Notes under the pieces: generated by a model
Told to the model about the DNA's origin: nothing
The model's input: the letters and a program-made list of their open reading frames with translations, nothing else
Databases searched by the model: none
In this document: positions 57,711 to 64,000 of the stretch, piece after piece
Layout: every line of letters starts with the position of its first letter
How positions within the stretch are numbered: position 1 is the first letter of the stretch
Assembly (NCBI GenBank): GCA_964646855.1
Contig: CAZYHQ010000002.1
Span: forward strand, 9,127-73,126
Length of the DNA: 64,000 bases
Direction: 5' to 3'
Source: an uncultured archaeon
GTDB lineage: Archaea > Aenigmatarchaeota > Aenigmatarchaeia > CG10238-14 > SCSR01
Program-made: the position numbers and the translations under genes

Positions 57711-58652
57711 ATGTTTGAAAAACCTGCCATAGAGTTTGAAGGCATAAAAACCTGGATAAATTCTCCCCCACTAACTCTACAAAAACTAAGAGGAAAAGCT
57801 ATCCTTCTGGATTTCTGGACCTACAGCTGCGTTAACTGCATACGTACTCTGCCTGCGCTCAAGGCAATGCACGAAAAGTATTCGAAGAAAGGTTTGGTAA
57901 TTGTAGGGGTACACACTCCTGAATTCGGATTTGAAAAAGATTTGAAGAACGTGCAAGCTGCAGTCGATAAGCATGGCATAAAGTATCCCGTTGCGCTAGA
58001 CAGCGACAACGCAACATGGCAGTTGTATGGAAATCGGTATTGGCCACGAGCAACTCTGATTAACCAGGAAGGAAAAATCGTTATGGAGCACATCGGAGAA
58101 GCCGGATACGACGAAATTGAAGAAAGGATTGCAGAACTATTAAAAATCCATACTGATGTTCCAGAAGAAGAAAGAGAGTTTGCATTAATTCCAATCACTC
58201 CGGAAATTTACACCGGCTCTCTGCGAAGCGGCGGATTCGGCAGTTCGCAGGTATGCGCGCTCGATGGCAGCTGTGATGTGCACGTTGACCAAGGTGAACA
58301 CCAGAGAGACGTAGTTTATCTCAGCGGTGAATGGAAACAAGAGCCAGAGAGAATTGTTCACATTCAAAATAAAGAAGGCTATGTTCTCCTCAAGTACTCT
58401 GCCCGAGTTGTCAATGCAGTTATGCTGCCCGCAAGTGGAAAAAAATTTACTGCAGAAATTTTGCTGGACGGCAAACCCCTACAAAAATCGCAGGCAGGTA
58501 AGGATATTAAATTTGCAGGCAAAAAAAGTTTTGTTGAAGTTGATCATGCAGACATGCACGAGCTTGTGAATACGAAAACTGTAGAAACCCACGAAATAAA
58601 AATTGTTACTAATTCCCCAGAGTTTACTCTTTATACTTTTACCTTTGGATAA
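57711..58652 (+). CDS. DipZ-C-terminal-like thioredoxin-fold protein with an additional beta domain
   Basis: 313 aa from ATG 57711: AILLDFWTYSCVNCIRTLP, GVHTPEFGFE, YPVALDSDN..W..YGNRYWP. The track ORF 57540.. is a 5' over-extension. Confidence 0.8.
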   Translation: MFEKPAIEFEGIKTWINSPPLTLQKLRGKAILLDFWTYSCVNCIRTLPALKAMHEKYSKKGLVIVGVHTPEFGFEKDLKNVQAAVDKHGIKYPVALDSDNATWQLYGNRYWPRATLINQEGKIVMEHIGEAGYDEIEERIAELLKIHTDVPEEEREFALIPITPEIYTGSLRSGGFGSSQVCALDGSCDVHVDQGEHQRDVVYLSGEWKQEPERIVHIQNKEGYVLLKYSARVVNAVMLPASGKKFTAEILLDGKPLQKSQAGKDIKFAGKKSFVEVDHADMHELVNTKTVETHEIKIVTNSPEFTLYTFTFG

Positions 58653-58734
58653 ATATATTAAAAAAACATGAAGTTCTAGACAAAGTTCAGTTGGACCTTA
58701 TAAAAAAATTTAGAAAAGTCAAAAGTGAATACAA

Positions 58735-59289
58735 ATGAATTTAAAAAATTATTTTGTACCGTTCATAATTTTAGCTATAGGAACATTCGCTTTCTTTTTG
58801 ATTGGTAATTTTGCTATTGCTACTATTTATCTATTTATTTGGGTCGATAAAACATTTTTAGGAAAACTACAACTTCCAGGAGAATTTGGTCTGGAGCTTA
58901 CTTTTCTACCTTCGATTTTGTCTGGCATACTCTATGGTCCTGCTGTTGGTTTTCTTTTCTCGTTCTTGGCAATTCCAGTAATAGGGAGTTTGATAGACAT
59001 CGTATATGCACGACGCAGCGGATTTATTGATACGAAACATGAGATATTCTTTCCAAACTTGGATACGTTCATCAACGGCATGATGGCTGTGCTAGCCAGC
59101 TTCCTAAAAGCTTCATTACCATTCCTTTTAGTTGCTGTGGTTTGCATAGCAATTAAGAATACAATAAATCTAATCAAAGGTATTATGTCCGGTCAAACTC
59201 CAATTGTGAAAATTCTTATTAACTTAGGATTAAATATCGGTGTCGCTTTTTATATTCAAAGCTTCATCCCCTTTATTTTAGGAACTTAG
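58735..59289 (+). CDS. Polytopic membrane protein (unknown family)
   Basis: 184 aa with about 5 TM helices and no motif recognised. Confidence 0.5.
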   Translation: MNLKNYFVPFIILAIGTFAFFLIGNFAIATIYLFIWVDKTFLGKLQLPGEFGLELTFLPSILSGILYGPAVGFLFSFLAIPVIGSLIDIVYARRSGFIDTKHEIFFPNLDTFINGMMAVLASFLKASLPFLLVAVVCIAIKNTINLIKGIMSGQTPIVKILINLGLNIGVAFYIQSFIPFILGT

Positions 59290-59334
59290 AAGCAAGAAAA
59301 TATATTTTATGACAAATATATTAAATTATCTTTG

Positions 59335-59420
59335 TGGCCCCGACGGGACTCGAACCCGCAACCGGAGGTTGCCTCCCGCAGTCCGAAGCCTCCTCGGTTA
59401 TCCAATTACCACACGGGGCC
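59335..59420 (-). tRNA. tRNA-Arg (anticodon UCG) with a canonical-position intron of about 13 nt
   Basis: GGCCCCG/CGGGGCC acceptor, anticodon stem GGAGG/CCTCC. The loop CUUCGG is interrupted by ACTGCGGGAGGCA. T arm GCGGG-TTCGAGT-CCCGT. 86 nt. Confidence 0.85.
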
Positions 59421-59487
59421 GATAATATCGTTGGTAATTTAATATAAGAACTTTTGTGAAATTAACCTTAATTGAAATTTGTTAAAA

Positions 59488-60468
59488 CTACTTTTCTTGA
59501 AAATATGGAATTACTTTTTCTCCCACCAAACGTATAGCAGAAAGAATATTTTCATGCGATATTTTTTCGTTAAAAGAAGGTCTAAGAACTATGTGGTCAA
59601 CATTGATTTCCTTTTTGTATTTTTCAATTTCAGCAATAGCTTCGTCTGGATTTCCTACAATAAACATGTCCTTACCATCTTCCCGTGGATTAAAATCTTG
59701 TTTAATTACGGGATGTCCGTGGTTCGCATAATCTAGATACGAACGAGTCAAAGCGGGCTCGCAAGCATTCCACGCAGAATCAGCATCATTAGCAACGAAC
59801 GAGTCTCGAGTCAAAATAATTTTAGGTCCTTTACCAATTTTTTGTGATTCTTCAGTGTAAGTTCTCGAATACTCGACTACGTCAGATCTAAAACTTGCAG
59901 GCCCCTCTATCCATCCGTCTCCCAATTTTGCCGCTCTTGTCAGAGCAGCCCTCGACCTACCACCAACATAAATTGATGGACCATTTTTATCAACTGGTCT
60001 TGGCTCAATCCTAACATCTTTTACTCTATAAAATTTTCCTTCATGCGCCACAGATTCTTCTGACCAACATTTTCTCAGAAAAGGTATAGTTTCATCCAGC
60101 CATCCGCCTCTTCTCTTGTACAAATCTGGCAAACCTAGAGCTTCATATTCTTCTGGTCTATAGCCTATGCCTACTCCCAAAACAAACCTTCCGCCGGAAA
60201 TAACATCAAGATGAGCAACATCTTCAGCCAATCTCACAGGGTTGTAGAGGGGCGCAATAAGTATGTTCGTCCCCAAGATCATACCTTCGAGTTCGCCAGC
60301 CAAAGCAGTCAACGCCTTTAAAGGGGAAGAAAGATAACCTGCCTTATCGTACCCGTGATGTTCCATGAACCAAATAGACGAAAAACCTAATTTTTTCGCA
60401 AGTAAAGCTTGCTCTAGAGCTTCGTTATAGAAGTTACCCCACTGTTTAGTGTTTAACCCGAATTTCAT
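59488..60468 (-). CDS. LLM-class (luciferase-like) flavin/F420-dependent oxidoreductase
   Basis: 326 aa: MKFGLN...LGFSSIWFMEHHG, GRFVLGVGIGY. Confidence 0.85.
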   Translation of the reverse strand: MKFGLNTKQWGNFYNEALEQALLAKKLGFSSIWFMEHHGYDKAGYLSSPLKALTALAGELEGMILGTNILIAPLYNPVRLAEDVAHLDVISGGRFVLGVGIGYRPEEYEALGLPDLYKRRGGWLDETIPFLRKCWSEESVAHEGKFYRVKDVRIEPRPVDKNGPSIYVGGRSRAALTRAAKLGDGWIEGPASFRSDVVEYSRTYTEESQKIGKGPKIILTRDSFVANDADSAWNACEPALTRSYLDYANHGHPVIKQDFNPREDGKDMFIVGNPDEAIAEIEKYKKEINVDHIVLRPSFNEKISHENILSAIRLVGEKVIPYFQEK

Positions 60469-60499
60469 ATCTACAGTTAATTAAGCAAATATTTAAAAT

Positions 60500-60721
60500 C
60501 TAAATTTTTTTTACAATCATGTATCTTACTTTCTGCGGATCAGCCCTGCCAAAAGATTTTTTCATTGCAATGGAAACGAGCTTTTCCAGCGCAGATGCCA
60601 TACCAGCTCTGTACTCGAGAATAAGTTTGCTGTTCGATTCTATAACTTCGTTGACAAGCTTTTCTAAATCAATTTCCACCGGGAGTTTCAAAAAGACTTC
60701 CTCCTTTCTCCTGCCGCTCAT
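60500..60721 (-). CDS. Stand-alone GatB/YqeY-like C-terminal domain protein
   Basis: 73 aa: LILEYRAGMASALEKLVSIAMKKSFGRADPQKVRYMIVKKI resembles the GatB_Yqey tail (..G....lvGqvMK...G+A.P..v...l). Confidence 0.6.
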   Translation of the reverse strand: MSGRRKEEVFLKLPVEIDLEKLVNEVIESNSKLILEYRAGMASALEKLVSIAMKKSFGRADPQKVRYMIVKKI

Positions 60722-60755
60722 AATTCAGAGTTGATTTCAAAGGATAAAAACGACT

Positions 60756-61859
60756 CTAATTTTTACGTCTGGGCAATTCTGCGAAGGCGTACCAGCCCAA
60801 TGTTTTTCTGCCATCGCCTCGCCGCTTGATGCCAAAATAGCTTTCTTCCAGCGGATGTGCGATCTCTTCCGGGGCAAAAATTCTGTATTTCGGGAGCATG
60901 GACATTGCTGATGCGTACTTGTGCAGGTAGACAAGGTTAGTTCCTTCTGTCAACGCAGGTATTGAATGTATATAGTCTGCCTGCTCCTTTTCTGTGTAAT
61001 GCGAAACGTAAGAATCTGGTCGAAAAATAGTTTCACTCTTTTTGTAGTTCTTGCTCATGTCCAGCAAAGCTCTGACCTCCTGTGATTTTGTTCTCGACCA
61101 CAAAAATTTCATGAAAAACTCCAGATTGGAAAACACATTTTTCGGCAGACTCGGTCCGCACGGGCATCCAGTTTCGGTTATGACCAAAGGGCCACCAACA
61201 TCTTTTTTCACCTCTGCGATGAAATTCTTAACTTCATCAGAGCTTGGCTCGAAGAATTTTGGATACTGCGGGTAGAAATTCAGGGACGGAAAATCGACGA
61301 AATTGCGCAGCTTCTTGAATGCAGTCAAATCTTTTTCGTAGAACCCACTCCTTTTGGGTTTTAATAGGTCCGTGTTGATTGTTATCAAGGCATCCGGATT
61401 CCCGTCTCTAATTGCTCCGCACATCTCTCTGGCAAGTTCGTACTTAAAGTCACCGTCGCGGTCTAACCAGTCCTTGTCACGCCAGCCAATCATGGCGTGA
61501 ACTTGAGAGTGATTGAGTTCATTTTCGGGTTGAAAAATTTTGACCACGCCGCGAAGTTTTCTCGCAATCTTCCCAGCCTGATTTGAAGCATATTCAATAT
61601 ACTTTTCTGGTTCTGATAGCGGGCCACGTGTTACGTCTTTGTATCCGCACAATATCGGTAGCATGATTGAGATGCCTTGCTTCTGCAGCAATCTGATTAT
61701 CTCATCCTGTCGAACCTGGTTGCTGTACCACCTTAATCTGAAATGCCTAACGCCGAATTCCTGCAGTTCGTTAACAGACTCCCGGTTTACGTCACAAAAA
61801 TCAATGTTAATTCCGTACATCTGCCTTTCTGCTGTTCGTAATGTTTCTAAGAATTCCAT
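60756..61859 (-). CDS. TIM-barrel glycoside hydrolase (clan GH-A-like)
   Basis: 367 aa from ATG 61859 (MEFLETL): FQPENELNH (acid/base NE) and LVITETGCP (nucleophile E). The track ORF ran into the tRNA gene and was trimmed. Confidence 0.6.
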   Translation of the reverse strand: MEFLETLRTAERQMYGINIDFCDVNRESVNELQEFGVRHFRLRWYSNQVRQDEIIRLLQKQGISIMLPILCGYKDVTRGPLSEPEKYIEYASNQAGKIARKLRGVVKIFQPENELNHSQVHAMIGWRDKDWLDRDGDFKYELAREMCGAIRDGNPDALITINTDLLKPKRSGFYEKDLTAFKKLRNFVDFPSLNFYPQYPKFFEPSSDEVKNFIAEVKKDVGGPLVITETGCPCGPSLPKNVFSNLEFFMKFLWSRTKSQEVRALLDMSKNYKKSETIFRPDSYVSHYTEKEQADYIHSIPALTEGTNLVYLHKYASAMSMLPKYRIFAPEEIAHPLEESYFGIKRRGDGRKTLGWYAFAELPRRKN

Positions 61860-61888
61860 TAGAATAAATTGAAAGTTAAAAATAAATG

Positions 61889-61977
61889 CGCCCTCGGGGG
61901 GATTTGAACCCACGACCAACCGGTTAACAGCTTCACCTGCTATAGCATCGGGTGCTCTACCGCTGAGCTACGAGGGC
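61889..61977 (-). tRNA. tRNA, probably Asn (GUU), with an atypically placed insertion/intron
   Basis: 89 nt: acceptor GCCCTCG/CGAGGGC, D arm GCTC-AGCGGTA-GAGC, T arm GTGGG-TTCAAAT-CCCCC (one mismatch), and a perfect loop CUGUUAA followed by CCGGT. About 17 extra nt (ATGCTATAGCAGGTGAA) lie 5' of the loop inside the 5' anticodon-stem strand. Confidence 0.65.
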
Positions 61978-61986
61978 TTACTTAAA

Positions 61987-63285
61987 TTATGGATAAATTC
62001 TATTTATTAGCCTTGGGAAGAGGATTGCATCCCGTATGTGGTCAAGCTTGCAAATCCATGCAACTACACGCTCCACACCAAATCCGAATCCCGAGTGCGG
62101 GACGCTTCCATACTTTCGCAAATCGATATACCACTGGTAGGCTTTTGTGTCAAGTTTTTCTTCCTTTATTCTCTGCAGCAATTCCTTGTAGTCATGAATC
62201 CTCTGCCCGCCCCCTGTGATTTCCCCGTACCCTTCAGGCGCAAGCAAATCCGCAGACAAAGTCACTTCCTTTCTTTTCGGATCTGGTTTGTGGTAAAATG
62301 CCTTTATCCCCTTCGGAAAGTGGGTCAAGAAAAACGGTTTGTCAAAATGCTGTGTAAGAACTTTTTCAAGTTCCCATGTTATGTCGTCTCCCCACTTGAT
62401 TTTTACTTTATCTTTTTTCAACAGTTCAATTGCCTCGTCATATGTAACTCTTTTGAATGGAGGTCTGACAGATTTCAAAAACTCCGGGTCTCTGCCGAGC
62501 TTTTTCAATACTTCTGGCATATCTTCTGCAAGTTTCTGGCAAATAAAACTGACCAACTGCTCTTCGGTTTTCATTATGCAATCCAAATCACACCACGGCT
62601 CTTCAGCTTCCAAGTGCCAGTATTCTGTTAGATGCCTGCGTGTGCGAGATTTTTCTGCTCTGAACGACGGAGCAACAGTAAAAATTTTTCCGAGTGCAAC
62701 TATTACAGCTTCTGCATACAGTTGCCAGGATTGAGTCAAGTAAGCTTTCTGGTCAAAATATTTTAGTCCGAACAAGGTAGACCCACCTTCGACAGCAGCA
62801 CCGACAATTGTTGGAACTTGTATTTCAGTATAACTGTGTTTTTCAAACCATTCTCTTGCCGCATGTAAAATTTTCGCCTTTATTCTCATAACCATTTGTA
62901 GTTTCTCACTTCGTATGTAGAAATGTCTCTGGTCAAGCAAAAAATCCGGACCATGTTTTTTCTTAGCAATCGGAAAATCTTCTGCAGCTTTGTCTTCTAC
63001 AGAAATTTTTTCAACTACAATTTCGTATCCTCCAGGAGCACGCGGATCTTTTTTTGCAGTTCCAGAAATTTCAACAACAGATTCTACCGGAAGCTTTTCG
63101 ATCTCATCGAAAGTTTTTTCTCCAGTTTTGTCTTTCCGCAAAGTGCACTGTACCATACCGCTGCCATCTCTCAAAATCAAAAATTGAATGCCACCAGACG
63201 AGCGCTTGCTGTGAATCCACCCGTGTACTGCTACTTGACCTTCTTTTCCAGAAAGAACCTTCGAGATTTCAGTAAACTCTGTCAT
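61987..63285 (-). CDS. asnS: Asparagine--tRNA ligase (class IIb; AspRS not fully excluded)
   Basis: 432 aa from ATG 63285, preceded by AAAGGAGGAT. OB fold, motif 2 FRAEKSRTRRHLTEYWHLEAE (AsnRS-like S.T.RHL.E.W..E.E), GGGQRIH, GFGFGVER, FPR. Confidence 0.75.
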   Translation of the reverse strand: MTEFTEISKVLSGKEGQVAVHGWIHSKRSSGGIQFLILRDGSGMVQCTLRKDKTGEKTFDEIEKLPVESVVEISGTAKKDPRAPGGYEIVVEKISVEDKAAEDFPIAKKKHGPDFLLDQRHFYIRSEKLQMVMRIKAKILHAAREWFEKHSYTEIQVPTIVGAAVEGGSTLFGLKYFDQKAYLTQSWQLYAEAVIVALGKIFTVAPSFRAEKSRTRRHLTEYWHLEAEEPWCDLDCIMKTEEQLVSFICQKLAEDMPEVLKKLGRDPEFLKSVRPPFKRVTYDEAIELLKKDKVKIKWGDDITWELEKVLTQHFDKPFFLTHFPKGIKAFYHKPDPKRKEVTLSADLLAPEGYGEITGGGQRIHDYKELLQRIKEEKLDTKAYQWYIDLRKYGSVPHSGFGFGVERVVAWICKLDHIRDAILFPRLINRIYP

Positions 63286-63464
63286 CGAATATCCTCCTTT
63301 AGAATTTGTTCGCACGGGTAGAAAAGAGTTTTGGCTGAGCAAAAGTCAGAATCAGTTAAGCAGATTTTGTCTATCGCCTTTCATTTTTTCCCACCGATAT
63401 AGCTTGTTTGTAGCAGATAGTATTTAAAGATTAGTATTTAAATTTAGTTTCGGCAACAATTTTT

Positions 63465-64000
63465 ATGACTAAACAAAAAACGCGCGAACAATTCGATGAA
63501 GAGCTATTCAATGAGCAATTGTTGAAAGAAGTTCTTGGTGAAGGCAGGGCTTATGTGAGCAAGCATGCCAAGGCTTTGGACATCCCTATCACAGCCGTGC
63601 AGCATGAGATAGCCACAAGCACATGCAAGGAAAAATCGGATTTATTGAGACGCACGCACGGAGACTACTGGACACCAGACAGAATTGTCAAAGCACTGTA
63701 TTTCGCGTTTGCAAATCGGTTAAAGCGTGAGGTGTACGGGTTTGTAGTGCCCGAACTTGGGAAAAGATTAGATGCTGACGTTGTCCATGGTGTGATTGCT
63801 GCAAAAAATAATAGATCTCCAAGCTATGACGCAGTTTATATGGGATTGAATGGACAAGGCCCCTTCGGTCATTATATTCCAAATGAGATGGCAAGAGGAA
63901 CCTGCACACCGTTTCCAACTGCAGGTGAGATGGATCAGATCTCAAGGATATACATACACAACATGCCTTCGCTCAGTGGACGTCCCGTTGACATCTCCAT
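63465..64000 (+). CDS. Hypothetical protein, 3'-truncated by the window end (weak YbaK/ProX-like editing-domain resemblance)
   Basis: Open frame from ATG 63465 to the window edge (178 codons, no stop). It is absent from the ORF track because it is incomplete. KALYFAF...VVPELGKRLDADVV is only loosely YbaK-like. Confidence 0.55.
   Translation, partial: MTKQKTREQFDEELFNEQLLKEVLGEGRAYVSKHAKALDIPITAVQHEIATSTCKEKSDLLRRTHGDYWTPDRIVKALYFAFANRLKREVYGFVVPELGKRLDADVVHGVIAAKNNRSPSYDAVYMGLNGQGPFGHYIPNEMARGTCTPFPTAGEMDQISRIYIHNMPSLSGRPVDIS

Noticed and set aside
63688-63945. 85-aa minus-strand ORF near the window end
   Set aside because: It is antisense to a longer uninterrupted plus-strand frame (63465 to the window end) that has a plausible start and protein-like composition.
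1-64000. CRISPR arrays, rRNA genes and prophage or integrase signatures
   Set aside because: No short regularly spaced repeats, no rRNA-like conserved blocks, and no integrase, terminase or capsid-like ORFs were seen on visual inspection of either strand.

Overview
Densely coding, low-GC archaeal chromosome segment. No CRISPR array, rRNA, transposase or integrase was seen. All family calls come from motif recognition by eye, not from any database search.

Archaeal hallmarks:
- ribosomal proteins eS26 and uS2, Sec61beta, and the aIF2alpha-Nop10 gene pair
- an RNase P RNA and a PAC2 proteasome chaperone
- FlaI/FlaJ-type pilus genes and RtcB plus archease
- four tRNAs, three of them with introns

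Shine-Dalgarno use and many bacterial-type genes (NrdR, NiSOD/SodX, MerA, BlaI/BlaR1-like, SufSU) suggest a small-genome, DPANN-like archaeon with heavy gene import. That lineage call is inference.

Layout:
- 0-11 kb: pilus ATPase and platform, RtcB-PCD-archease, PolX, an Nth-like glycosylase, Sec61beta, RNase P RNA.
- 11.3-28.7 kb: an unusually long island of envelope thiol-redox and soft-metal (Cu/Hg) genes. Most are uncharacterised Cys-motif membrane proteins. It also holds a sensor-less BlaR1/BlaI-like pair, a triple thioredoxin-fold protein, CcdA/TlpA, TRASH mini-proteins, a TRASH-CopA, MerA and TrxR.
- 28.7-36.5 kb: central metabolism (malic enzyme, SDR, GDH, NAD kinase and others).
- 36.5-37.7 kb: a Ni-superoxide-dismutase cassette (sodN-sodX) bracketed by perfect 81-bp direct repeats exactly 1100 bp apart, next to an Fe/Mn SOD.
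- 39.3-43.0 kb: a GC-richer nrdR-nrdJ operon with candidate NrdR boxes.
- Remainder: translation and proteasome genes, a cupredoxin/RnfD-like/Rieske cluster, a complete sufCBDSU operon, tRNAs, and AsnRS.

Top candidates for something new are the BlaR1/BlaI-like pair with its PCC-motif paralogs and the wider envelope Cys-motif operon. The repeat-flanked NiSOD cassette comes next.
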